A stretch of 64,000 nt of DNA from contig JAUCBJ010007264.1 in NCBI GenBank assembly GCA_032718475.1, positions 1 through 64,000 of the forward strand, written 5' to 3'. This DNA is from Nemertoderma westbladi. Its lineage: Eukaryota > Animalia > Xenacoelomorpha. Positions 49,631-62,799 of this stretch are shown one piece after another. Positions within the stretch are counted from its first letter, which is position 1, and each line of letters begins with the position of its first letter. The translations under genes were made by a program, and so were the position numbers. The notes beneath the pieces were generated by a model. The model ran no database searches. It saw nothing but the letters and a program-made list of their open reading frames with translations, and was not told the DNA's origin.

Positions 49631-52600
49631 AGTTACATGGCAAATAGCGGATGAAATAGAAATTATACAACGAATCGTACGAAACTCGTTCAACGAAAAG
49701 AGGTAATAAAAAATAGTAAAAATATAACCAAATTAATGTGCTTACAGTACTGCACTATATTAATTTATATGTATGTTGTAGCCACGGTATAGAATCTATC
49801 AATATTGCCTTCATTATGTATAAATAAATGATATATTTTCGAAAAGTGTTTATACAGTAGAAGCTGGTTGATTGATGTAGATTAAAGTTTATTCTTATAC
49901 TTAAATACTGTACTGTGTCCTATATGTAGGCCTACTGTAGTGATTATGTAGGCCTACTGTATAGTGTTGCAGCAACCACTGTCTCACCCCCCCCCCCCCC
50001 CCCCCGGAAAGAGTTGCCGTGGGTGTCAATGAATAATAAATGAATTGCTGCCAGGTGCAGCTGACTGACGGTTTTTTTTTATAAATAAATAATACGATTG
50101 TAAAGCCTTGTACTTTGGGATGTAGAAGGCCTGCAATTCCTCATAGATCATCATAGTGAGGTATATCTCTACATAAACTCAGATATACTGTAGTTCTCCT
50201 AACTGAAACCTCAACTTCTACCACAACTAGTAATTACTACCCATTCCACTCACCTACTACCAAACCCTCACGTGGCCGGTGTACAAAGGCTGAGATTGAG
50301 ATAACTCCCTCTTGAATTGACTCCCCAGTCATCTCAGCCTGTAAAAGCTTTTGCAGACATACCAAGGACGGGAAGGAATAACGGGAAGGAATTAAAGCCA
50401 GTATGACGAAATCTGTCAGCTGATTTCTTGTGGACGTGGAATTTCTTTGTTCTGCCTTATTCAGCCAATCAGAGCAATTTTCCCTTTATGTCTGACAGAG
50501 GCCTATGGAAACTCGCGCAATGCACTACGGTCTTTGTTTACTATTTTTCTGAGCATCAGAACCGGCTCGGAATTTTCTGTGCTTCTGTGTAGAAGTTTCA
50601 GACTTTGGCCTAGGAAACATCAGATGGCCTTGATTATAAGAACGTAAATCTATTATCCTACTTAATCACCGCATCACATTTCATCATTATCAACTGCATT
50701 TCATAACTGCATAAGTAACACATACTGACTGTTCACCGCATTATTTTACTTCTGTTATTAATTGTTGTTATATTAATGGATATTGCTGTTATATTTGGAG
50801 AATACCGATAAATAATCATAAACCCGTCAATCTTCTTGATTACTGAGGTAAGAGGAACAGGTTTACCGGTAGCAACTGCGACTTAAATTATAGTGGTTTT
50901 TGTGTGAATTAAATGCTATTTCATAATCCCTACGTGTGTCAGTTGCTATCCTCCTTATATATGATCAAATTCAGTGACGGTCGGCAGATCAGTGCTAAGT
51001 AGTGTGAAGTAGTGTGAAGTCGTGTGAATTAGTGTGAAGGTTAATAAAGCATCTCCTAAAGAATGCGCTATTTACGAAACTCTGTGGCCATCTAGTTGTG
51101 ATTAGTATAAGTCATAACTCTGTTTTTATACTTAAAGCGCCACGCCCTAAAGGAACTGTTAATATTTCCCCGAAAGTAAATATATTTGTCAGAGATTATA
51201 TAGTAACGATCAATTGAATAATACAGTAGGTCTACACTGCAATAACTCTCAAGGAATCCGAATCCAGTCTCCCAAATCGTGGGTGATAGGTCGCGCACGG
51301 ACTGGCTTCGGCTGATGTAACTTCAGTACACTAGATAATTGATATAGGCTAAAGTCGATTTATAAACAAGAGGACAACTAAAATTGGCAGGTTAAACTGC
51401 TAAAGGTCTAAAAGCGCGAACAATAATAGATTTAAGTATCTTTATTGCGCCGTAGGCAATAAAGTCAAATGTACCGGTCGGACGGTAAACTGTAGGCCTA
51501 ACTGCCCAACCACCTGAACCGGTACTTACAGGTACCCAGTATTATTTCGATTGTGATATATTGTATAATAGTAGGCTGTTTAAGAGAGTAGGGACTGTAC
51601 AGTACACCCCTTATTTCTTTTAGAGCTTATTTATTTCTGTCAGTTTTATTTATCTGTAAGTGGAATATTGAGCAGAAGGCGTGTAAGCCTGCTCAGATTG
51701 TATAAATAATTTGTAGGCCGGATTGTTGTCTAACTGTTGTTAGGTCTGAGGCAATTGCAGTGTGTGTAGAGTGTCTGTCCGATAAAGTGCTAGTTAGGAA
51801 GGTGGGGGCATCCAGTGCTGTAAGGTAAAACCCCCCCGAAAGAATAAGTCATAGTACTTGGTTAGAATGCCTACTAACTAACCATTTCGGAGTCTGCATA
51901 TACTGTAGTAAATTTAGGCTTGACAGTAGTCTGCCAGCATTTGGTCTGTGTTTTATTTGAATAGTCTGCACGGGTAGCGTAATATTTATTATTCAGAGTC
52001 TATGCGAGTATTCGCAACCTCCAACTCCCCAAGTTTATTCCTACAGTAATTGTGCTTGTTATACATACCGTTATAGTTAAATTAACCCCGGTACTACATC
52101 AGGGCTGCTTGGCGTAGGTAAAGACTGGTGATTTTGTGCTCCGGTCACTCCAGCAGATACCATGGTTCTTTTGGCTGTTCAAGTATATTTAACTGCTGGT
52201 TATTTGTTGTATAAGTACTTGTACCTAATTTAGGGTTTAGGGTACAGTGCTTTCCGAAAGTAATTTAGTGTGTAGGCAGTATATTTGTGTTGTAAGTGGT
52301 TAATAGGCACGTTAGCTCTGGTTGGCTTCGGTAATTAACCTCTAGGTAGGGACATTCCGGGTACATAACGTAGTACTTATAGAGCTAAGACTATAAGTAG
52401 TCAGACGGTGGTATTTCCTTATCTGGACAACGCAACTTACTTACTACTACTTTATTGTTTTCAACTACCGTAGTTTCCTGTCAGTTTGTAAGAACCAGAA
52501 ATTATAACTCCTTGTTAGGCTGGTTTGTAGATTTCTTATAAAATTACCCTAAAAATTGTACGTGTAACTTGTTTATTGTTTATTTAGAGATTGTAATCTC

Positions 52601-53169
52601 AACCTGTTGTAATTGTAAGTAATTTGTAGTGATAAGTAACTTAGTAAAGTAGAATTATCTGTATTAGTGTCCAACAAGTAGCACTCCACTGAGAGCGTTC
52701 AGCTTCTGTGTAGTGACTCCTTATCCAGAAATAATAACATTTATTTCAAATATTGTCAAAAACCCATTGTACGGGTATATATATATTTATAAATCAACTC
52801 AAACAGATTTATAAAATAGTAGGCCTGTTATAAATCAATTAGGTCTTAATATCAGTTGAACTACTGCTTAATATCAGTAATAAAGTAAAGGGAAGTAACC
52901 CTAAAATTCAGAAATTCAGTTATTATAAAATAATTGACATTACCGGTATTTACGGTAAGCTTACTATATTTATATAAATTTAGGCTGAAATTATATACCG
53001 GTATTCTGTGACTGAACCTAGTCTGTAAATAATACTTATATATATACTATAAGTGTATACCGGTAGTTTAATATTATATATATTTTGTGGAGGAGTTTAA
53101 TAATAATGTGAGGACGTTAACACATTATATGTGATATATATTATATAACAGAGTTAGTGTTAACAATAT

Positions 53170-53746
53170 GAAAGGGCTACTGCGACTACTACTAAGATCG
53201 ACATGCTGCAATGCAGCCGCATTTTTAAGAATGCTGTGCCAACTTGTCAACAAAATTGCGCCGCCACAACTCCCAATCACCCATGTCATTTGCAAGATCA
53301 TCCGCATCTTCAAGGCCACTGTCCTTTAAGATGCGTCTCAAGAAAGTCATGGGCTGTCCACCATGCTTATTCACTCCATGAGGCTGCCAAAGTACAAGAT
53401 TATGCACTGGCTGGTCCTCACGGCGAAAGCAATGTCCTGCAAAGCGGAGGCGATTTTGTTCTAGTGTCAAGCTTGGGGGAACCAATGAGACACATCCAAT
53501 GTTATGTAGTGTCTGGTTGGAGGTGTGTGCATTGTACTTGACACAATGAACCCGGCGTAGCATTCTTGTGAATGTGCCATCCAGAGATTTGGTGTCCTCA
53601 GCAGTTAGACCCCAGCATGGACTCCCATAGAGGAGTACTGGAACTACTGCTGCTCTATATAATCGGACCTTAAGTTTCCGATTAATTCTCGGTGACTTCC
53701 AAATCCTGGAAAGCCTATTCAAGGCTGCCCATGCCTTTCCCTTACG
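53170..53746 (-). mobile_element. 5'-truncated RTE-like LINE 3' fragment
   Basis: Highly similar inverted copy of ~61086-61648; (TAG)n tail. Confidence 0.85.
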
Positions 53747-53789
53747 GATACGGATAGGGGATCACGTTTCACGTTGCCCTGTTACGTAT

Positions 53790-54765
53790 CAGTATCATCA
53801 TATGACATGACATTACTGTAGTTGTGAACGGTAACATACATGACAGGGAACCAATCAGAAGTAAGGGTACAACTGTATCACACTGTACTGAGTATATATA
53901 ACTAGGTGCACCTTTTACGGAAGATGGTAAGATGTCTTCAGTCATAAATATCCAGGTAAAACGCTGTGAGGATGCGGCCAATAAATTCGCGATTTTCTGT
54001 GCGGAAACATGCCCTTTGCCTTGAAACGTGCTGGAAGGTGCCTTACTTGCGACGGTATTTTACAGGTGCGAAGCCTGGTTGAGCTCTAATGTTAAAACAA
54101 TTGAGCGTCTATATATGAAGATGATTGAATGCCTGTTGGGGGTAAGAATACAAACTCCGAACGATATGTGTCTAGTCGAATTAGGAATGCCATATGCTCT
54201 GGATAGGATTCGGGAAGCGCAAAAACGTTTCGGACAAAATATGCTAAAGTTAGCTAACAGTGATATAGCGTATGTACAAGTGATGGAGATCTGTAAAAAT
54301 GCTAACACTAAGGGTTTTAAACACCCAGAGGCTGTTGGACAACAGTCTGAAAAGGGGACAAGATGCAAAGCAATTGACAATATAAAATTGAAGCCCAGTT
54401 CAGCTACCAAGTTTCAGACATACTGTACTTAAAGACATTGAATGTAGATAGCACTGTACACAACACCAAACTACATCCCCGATTATAAGCGGAAGGCATT
54501 TAGTCGGCTCCGCCTTATCTCGCACAACCTACGCATTGAAACGGGACGATGGAGTAGAACAGTCCGGGGGGAACGTGTGTGTGTGTGTGTGATGGCTTTT
54601 CTGTTCAGGATGAATCACATGTGCTACTGTCGTGCCCAATTACTGAGACAGAATTACTGAAACCGTCGATCTGTGTTTTGCGAGTATTGGGAATCTTTTT
54701 GGGTCTAAGAACTGTGTAAGCCTGTGTAATTATGTAGATAGGGTTTTTGATTGCATCCGTAGTTA
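53790..54765 (+). mobile_element. RTEX-like LINE 3' fragment, degenerate
   Basis: YRCEAW..CLLGVRIQTPND..ELG followed by SRLRLISHNLRIETGRW..ERVC..QDESHVLLSCP. Confidence 0.7.
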
Positions 54766-54890
54766 AAAGGTAAGTAGGGTAGGTCCAATGGACGTCTTGT
54801 TATGGACGTCTTTTTAGAGATGTTGTAAGGATTACTTTTTTGGATAATTTTCAGTATATGATCATATTTTCTGTGCTGTTTTTGTAAAAT

Positions 54891-55378
54891 GTGGCGGCCA
54901 CCCTAGAAACGTACCTTAACGTAGAGAACATAGTTCTGAGATAAACGCATTTAAAGTTTTTACCTTGAAAATTTTGTTAAATTTTTTAAATTTTTTAAAA
55001 TTTTTTAGCAGCTGATTCTACATTCGCGATTTCAGCCAAATTCGGACAATTTCAGCCAATTTCAGCCAAAATATGACTCACCCCCAGATGGCTGACTGAT
55101 GTCCGAAGTCCAATTTTTCGTCCAAATATATGCCAATTTGAGCTAAAATCGGCCAATTTGAGTCAAAATGAGCCAAATTAAAATTTTCAACTTTTTGACA
55201 AAAATGTCAAAAATTATTCGAAAAGTGTTTTAGAAAAACGGCCATATCTCACAAACCAAACAAGATCTCGCTTAGCCGTTTTCATTTTCGAATTCTACGG
55301 AAAATTCTGCATCGAATGAAGCAATAAAACAAAAATTGACATTCCTACGCTAAGGTCTGTTTCTAGGGTGGCCGCCAC
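54891..55378. mobile_element. Non-autonomous DNA transposon (MITE), possibly Sola-like
   Basis: 20-bp TIR GTGGCGGCCACCCTAGAAAC; 4-bp TSD AAAT on both sides. The superfamily is inferred from the TSD only. Confidence 0.8.
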
Positions 55379-55801
55379 AAATGTAGTTGTAATAATTATC
55401 AATAAATATATAATATATATATACAAAGTACAATAATTTTGGCAACCTCATCGATTTATACTAAGCCTGTGTAGAAATCCATTACATAAGGCATTATTCA
55501 TCTTCAACACCAGATTTTATTGGTGATATTTTACCATTGCGTCTATGGCACGTTTCGTTTATTTCATTTTTTGCAAAAACTGATGACTGTATTTTTCTGA
55601 AAATTGCTTTATACACCCATTCAGACCATACACTACAGGAGGGTACTAAAAACAACACAATTGACCGGATAGTTTCGGAGCCTTTCGTGTGACAAACAGA
55701 CAGTCAGACAAACAAACAGACATGATTTTCTTACAGTAAGTAAATCTGAAGATTTAAAAAGAAAATAATACAGCCTTTGCTGCAATATTTTGGTAAATCT
55801 T

Positions 55802-56066
55802 TTGGACGGATCCATACTGGATGTTGGACGGATCCATACTGGATGCTGGACGGATCCATACTGGATGTTGGACGGATCCATACTGGATGTTGGACGGATC
55901 CATAATGGATGTTGGACGGATCCATACTGGATGTTGGACGGATCCATACTGGATGTTGGACGGATCCATACCGGATGTTGGACAGATCCATACTGGATGT
56001 TGGACGGATCCATACTGGATGTTGGACGGATCTATACTGGATGTTGGACGGATCCGTACTGGATGT
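55802..56066. repeat. 22-bp minisatellite (TTGGACGGATCCATACTGGATG x~12)
   Basis: Directly visible; flanked by (GTTT/CAGA)n microsatellites. Confidence 0.95.
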
Positions 56067-56519
56067 CCTTATTTCTCAAACGTGTTTGTTTGTTTGGTTG
56101 TTTGGTTGTTTGTTTTGTACACACAACTTCTTGCACTTAATGTTGATGGATTTGGATGAAACTTTGATGATAGGTTCATTATCGGACCTAGTTGTGTATG
56201 GAAGGTTTTGGTTACTAGGGACCTGTTGGTTGCCTAGCAACAGTGAAATTAATGACCGATCATAATCGTAGGATACACTCAATCAAAATTTTGTCGACAC
56301 CCCAAAAGGAGCACCTATTGGTCATGCTTTATGCGAAATTTCGCTTTATTTCATTTAGAATTGTAGGAGAAGATTACAATTTACATACTGAATTTACATA
56401 CCTTGTAGCTACAGTGGATGAAAAATATTTATAGATAAATCATCTACATTAATTGATAATACTATCACCATAGATAACATAACTATTGACGTAGTCCGCA
56501 TAATTAGTATCCAAGCAGA

Positions 56520-57261
56520 TTAGCAGTGACGGCCGCATTGGTACAAAGTGGATCCCATTAAATTCCAAGTGCCACTGTGCCATTCCTCAGTTTCACTTTC
56601 ATAATAACACTTCATGCCAGGGCAATCTTCCTTATATAGTTCGTTCTAACAAACAATAAATCATCACAAACAAAATTAATCGTAACAAACTAGTAATTTA
56701 TCTAAACCTTAACATTATCCACCAAATCCCAATTTACTGTAGTATATCGATTTTGTATATAAACCGCAAGTACGAATAATTATATTTGATATATTAATAA
56801 TAGATATTGCCATATTGGGCTAAATAGGATCTGAAATCCTTATAGGGGGAAAGGAGCAGGTTACAGTGGAACGCTATTTTAACCAAAACAATAAACTAGC
56901 ACAATAGAACAGGTTACAGTTATATTTTTGAGAATAATCAGCTGTTATTTGCGTCGAATTTCCCGATTACTTTTACGTAATGAGGACACCCACTCACTAC
57001 TCTTAAACAACAACAGCGTATACTACGAGAACGTATGGTAGTCGATTATCGCCTTGGATTATCCTATTTGAGATTCTTACCAACCTGAGAGCAGCATTTT
57101 GTACAGGTGAGTTTATCTCCAAAGTGGCATTTCTGATTCCGCTCGGCAACGTCCAGGAATGCATCAGCCTCAGACTTGTTTACCTCAGGGTGAGGGAGTT
57201 CCCGTCCAAGGGTCATACAGATGTGTAACAATACAACAGATAATATCAACATAGAGTTCAT
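56520..57261 (-). CDS. 100-aa secreted Cys-rich prepropeptide, toxin/defensin-like architecture (exons 57261-57085 and 56645-56520)
   Basis: Signal peptide MNSMLILSVVLLHICMTLG, acidic propeptide ending DVAER, phase-0 GT..AG intron. The mature part has 8 Cys and ends QCGRHC*. Confidence 0.72.
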
Positions 57262-58352
57262 TTTGTATAGTTCTAACTTCAACCTGGATTTGTTTTTACT
57301 ATGTAAAAGATATACCAGTACTGTATACAACAAACTAGTTTTAATAGTAAAAAAATATTGTCTTATTTCGCAATAGCCTAAATATTTATTTAGATGAGGC
57401 GATCTGACAATATCGCGTGGCTTTTGTCTGAGTTCTTTAATAATCGTAAATCATTATCCGAAATTGCAATATGTGACTTCAGTCAATTCTACTGTACTGT
57501 ATTGCAGGGGGTACCGATAAAGGTGGTGGTGATACGGGTGTAATATACAGATATTGTGGTATTATCAGCCATTTTTATGCAATAAATTATTTTCCGCGCA
57601 GCTCGCCAGATCGCCAGCGAGAGTTTTATTGTCTATAGTCTACGGATACTGGGCATTTGGTGGGTAGACCAAATAGTAGACCAGGCATAACATTGTAACT
57701 ACGGTGGTCACAATAATGTGGGCCTAGTAATAAAGTAATCATGTAATAATTAAAGGTAGTCGGTTATAGTCGTAGTCTGATGAACATTCATTGTTAGCAA
57801 GACATGTGCTGTAATATTGCACATTAATTAAAATAGAATTCAGATTGATAAATCTAAATTAAATCGTATAATCAAGGTGCAACATGAATTTAACATTAAC
57901 TTACCGCAATACAATACAATACATGGCTTAGATTAATTTTTCCCATTAAATTTATAATGTTCATTTTGTGTTAATAATTGATGTAATGTTTTGAAACAGG
58001 TAACTAACTCTCTGGGTTTGAACTTGACGACAACTGACATACCTAATTTCTTCGAATAAGAGCCTGGGCGTTTAAGTTTATAAATTGGGGAGCTGTTTAT
58101 TCGAGGGGGACGTTTATTCGGGGAAGGCGTTGTGGTTGGAGTGGGGGGCAATTTTGTTTATATTCTAGATTTTCAGCATTTTGAATCTAACCTAATAAAT
58201 AATTTTGTTAAATTCAAGAAAACAAGTTAAACAAATAAAATAATTCAAATAAAACCAGGATTATATTTATTGCACATACAGCCTACTACCGCGCTACAAC
58301 ACTCTACAGTATATTTACCTTCAGTCACATGACATTTGGCCCTATATATTAA

Positions 58353-59170
58353 CCCTTTCGGTACCTAACTGGAAATTATTTAAACCCCCAATTGCCCAAC
58401 TCTAATTCATGAATTTCTGAAGTCTGTCAGTCTTTCTGTCAGTTTGTCTGTCAAGACTTTAGAAAGAATAAAATCTACTAACATTCTCGCTAAGGGGGTT
58501 TTCCTTGTCAAGGATTTCATTTCCGCTGTGAGTTTTCACTTTTGACCCTACCCAGACTGTCTGTCGGTCTGTCTGTCGGTCTGTCTGTCAGTCTGTCCGT
58601 CAAAAGTATAAGGAATCACATTAGCTAATTAAAATTCTTGCTATGGGGGTTTTCCTGGTCAAGGATTTCATTTCCGCCGTTAGTTTTCACTTTTAACCCT
58701 ATGCAGACTGTCTGTCGGTCTGTCTGTCTGTCAGTATGTCCGTCGAATATATAAGGAATCACATTAGCTAATTAAAATTATCTCTATGGGGGTTTTCCTT
58801 GTGAAGGATTCATTTCCGCTGTCAGTTTTCACTTTTGACCCTATCCAGACTGTCTGTCGGTCTGTCTGTCGGTCAGGCTTTTTTGTTTAGGCTGTTTAGT
58901 CAGTTTATGCCTACCTTACTGCAGTACTGTTTTATTCTGTTATTGCTAAAGTCTGGCAGTCTGTAAGCAGGTCGGCAGTAGGCCTACCGGTAGTTAAATT
59001 ACAGTAGATACAAGCTGAAATGCGCCGCTAACATATAGAAGCATGTACTTAATAATAATAGTCCAGCAACATTTTCCCTACTTAGATATCGAATAAATGT
59101 CATGGAACAGACGTGTGTGTCATGGCGCAATACCCATGGAACAGACGTATGTGCCATGGTACCGAAAGGG
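58353..59170. mobile_element. piggyBac-like non-autonomous element with ~150-bp internal tandem repeats
   Basis: TIR CCCTTTCGGTACC / GGTACCGAAAGGG; TTAA on both sides; about 3 internal repeats at 58430-58870. Confidence 0.85.
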
Positions 59171-59194
59171 TTAATGATAATCGTATCCGACAGT

Positions 59195-59404
59195 GAATAC
59201 TATGTCGGTGTATCTTTGGATTTTTGTAAAGCCTTCGAGACAGTAAACCACTAAATCCTGATACAAAAATGACAACGCTATGGGATCACTGATGTTGCCC
59301 TTGTCTGGATTACTAGCTACCTTACATATCGAGTGCAATATGTGACTATAGGTACAGCCAAATCAAACTATGCTACAATTGTAATAGGATTGCCACAAGG
59401 GTCG
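59195..59404 (+). mobile_element. CR1/L2-group LINE RT fragment
   Basis: Translates LDFCKAFETVNH*IL..YGI..WITSYLTYRVQYV..GLPQGS. Confidence 0.7.
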
Positions 59405-59539
59405 CCAGGCCCGTACCGTGCGGGGGGGGGGGGGGGGGGGCTTTGAGGGCACTGCCCCCCCAGACAAGACCCACTGCCCCCCCCCCCCAGTCATGTCTTG
59501 CCTTTTATTAACACGTCGTCATATTAGTCATGATATTGT

Positions 59540-61648
59540 TGGTAATCAATATTATTGGATTCACATACAGGTACTACTTCTACCCACTGACCTGACTCCC
59601 CACCATTACTTTTGGTCAAATCTGCCTTGCCGCGGCATGACAAGTCCTCTCTGTTGCAACAGCCAAGTGTGAGATCCAGTTTCACACTACAGCTGAGCAC
59701 CAGGTATGAGGCTCTTGCCTCTGAGGCGGCAGATCACTGTGAGGGCTATACTGTCTTTACAGAAGCAGTTAAGTTAGCAGCTGCAGAAACAGTTCCTGTA
59801 TACCCTCGAAACAGGAAAAGGACCCCCTGGGCTGACAACAAAATTCAGAAGTGCCGAAATGACCTTCATAAGGCGCAGAAAGAGTCCCGACTCAAACAGA
59901 CTACAGCGGCCAAGAATGCAGTTAAGGCTGCATCTAGGTCCCAAAAAAATCTAGGTCCTTTGAAAAGCTCCTAAATAATGACAGGGTATTGCTTGATAAC
60001 TTTATAGAAGTAAAAGTGTCGGAGTCTGTACTCCCAGATATTCCCATTGGTGATATCTCCTTTGCAGAAGTGAAGGCTGCTGCAAATAGCATTAAGACCA
60101 ATCGTGCCAGTGGAGTAGATGGTGTTCCCCTTGAGGTCTTTAAAATACCTGAGTTTTTAAAGCTCATCTATCCCATCATAGTAGACATGTACCGAACAAC
60201 AAGAGTCCCGCAAGAAATGAAAACAAATAAGTTGGTGCCAGTTCCCAAGAAGGGCAACCTAACACTCTATGGTTCTTTTCGGGGAAACTCATTGATCTCG
60301 ATTGCTGCAAAGCTATACAATAGAATTCTATTAAATCGCATCAGGGATCCCATTGAGAGACTGCTCCGGGGAAATCAGAATGGGTTCCGTAAAGGTCGTG
60401 GGACCATGGAGCCCATTTTGGCACTTAGAAGGATAATTGAAGAGTTATCAAAAAAGAAAGACAGGTATCTTCTATCTGACTGTTATCTTTGTTGACTTCT
60501 TCAAGGCCTTTGATTCAGTCTCTCGCTCACGTATGTTCAGCATACTTTCATTATATGGGATTCCTGATGAAATTATTGCAGCAATCAGATAAGTATACGA
60601 TGGTTCGACAACATTTGTGTCTACTGTTGACGGTGACACAGAACCATTTGAAGTGTTATGGGGCGTCCTCCAGGGAGACACACTTGCACCATTCTTGTTC
60701 ATAATTGTTGTTGACTATGTTCTACGCATGTCCTTAGATCATCATAATGATGATGGGGTGATGATAACTCCACCTACTGGCTCCAGAAGTCGAGGAAATC
60801 CTGCCAAGTGCCTAACTGATCTAGACTTTGCTGATGACTTAGGAATACTCTCAGAATCACTAGAGGGAGCCCAACGGCTCCTCAGCGCATTAGAACATGC
60901 TGCTTCTAGTGTTGGTCTTTATATTAACTCCAGAAAGACCAAAATTTTGACAGTTAACTTTGAAAGTCCTCAGCAAGTCTCTGGTCGGATGAGCATAAGC
61001 TCAAAGGATGGTATACTTGAGCATGTGGACAACGTCTGTTACCTGGGATCATGGATCCGGAAGTCAGGTGAGGACCTTCGAATACGTAAGGGAAAGGCAT
61101 GGGCAGCCTTGAATAGGCTTTCCAGGATTTGGAAGTCACCGAGAATTAATCGGAAACTTAAGGTCCGATTATTTAGAGCAGCAGTAGTTCCAGTACTCCT
61201 CTATGGGAGTCCATGCTGGGCTCTAACTTCTAAGGACACCAAATCTCTGGATGGCACATTCACAAGAATGCTACGCCGGGTTCATTGTGTCAAGTACAAT
61301 GCACACATCTCCAACCAGACACTATATAACATTGGAGGTGTCTCATTGGTTCCCACAAGCTTGATACTAGAATAAAATCGCCTGCGCTTTGCAGGACATT
61401 GCTTTCGCCGTGAGGATCAGCCAGTGCATAATCTTGTACTTTGGCAGCCTCATGGAGTGAATAAGCATGGTCGACAGCCCATGACTTTCTTGAGACGCAT
61501 CTTAAAGGACACTGGCCTTGAAGATGAGGATGATCTAGCAAATGTCATGGGTGATAGGGAGTTGTGGCGGTGCAATTTTGTCGATAAGCCGGCACAGCAT
61601 TCTTAAAAATGCAGCTGCAATGCAGCATGCCGATCCTAGTAGTAGTAT
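59540..61648 (+). mobile_element. RTE-like LINE, 5'-truncated, disrupted RT ORF
   Basis: RASGVDG, VPKKGNL, QNGFRKGR, FVDFFKAFDS, GVLQGDTLAPFLF, DFADD, YLGS, LLYGSPCW; (TAG)n tail. Confidence 0.9.
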
Positions 61649-61654
61649 GCAATA

Positions 61655-61968
61655 ATTATTGATTGTACCAAATAATAGCAAATAGTTCGGACACTGTTTT
61701 TCGAGAGCAAACCGTATTTTTTATCTTTTGTAAAACAAAGCAAATTCCTTACAATTTGTCATTTTTAGTTTATTTAATTGGAAATTTACATTTTTTACAT
61801 ACATACAGTACTGTACATGGCAAAATACCACAATGACAATTCTACTGACAGAAAGCTGGAATTGAAAAACAAAGTATGTTTTCAGTATCGTAGCGTCTTG
61901 GACCACGGGATTGTGGTGGGGACTACTGTATATCTCATTGATCTGTTTCCTCTTCCACATTGGAGTTA
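61655..61968 (-). repeat. Inverted copy of the 49307-49630 repeat
   Basis: Reverse-complement similarity. Confidence 0.75.
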
Positions 61969-62799
61969 AGTTTAAATATGAAGCGAGTTTGAAAGCTGTC
62001 GTTCGCGGCGAATACATGCTAAAATCGAGTTATATTGGTGTTGTAAGGGTCTAAGCCACGATTCTAAGTAAAACAAATTCCTTTTTATCATATGGCCATT
62101 TCGTGTATTAACACACGTTTTCAGTGATATAAATATATATTAAAATGTTTACAGAATTTACATATTAAAATAAGTACGTACGCGGTTAAATTTAATTGAA
62201 TAATACTGTAAAAGATACTAATTTATACGAGGCTATCGTACAGTACATGCCTGGTTATTTTCGGATGAACAATCGATAAAATGCGAAGTGTGAATAAAAT
62301 ATGAGCAGTGGTAAAAAGAGAGATTAGGCTGACATGGAGGATAAGTTAAATTAAAATAGGTAAGGAAAATAAAGTTAATATATAATAATGTGATACTTTT
62401 CGGATGAACATTCGATAAAATGCGAAGATACAATTAATTAAGTTAAAATAATTAAATATAAATAAAAAGATTTACGGCAATTCAGGTATGGACGGCTAGG
62501 AAGGTACAATTAAATAAAATGAAATAAAGTGAAATGAAATAAAATATTATTTAAAACATGAGCAGACAATCGATAAAATTCATAAAATGAGATAAAGTTG
62601 ATAGATGACACCACAATGCTGGAATAAATTACTGCAGGTCTAGCAGCTGTTGAAACGAGCCGCAAACAATAATAAAATATATAATATAATATAACACCAC
62701 CATTGAAGTTACGCTATTGTTATACAAAGTGAATCGAGTTACAAAAAGCAGAATGATTAGTATAATGGTGGAATAACTTTGTTGAGGGGAGGGCGGTGT

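Noticed and set aside
55633-56265. Repetitive ORFs in all six frames
   Set aside because: Artefact of a stop-free 22-bp minisatellite.
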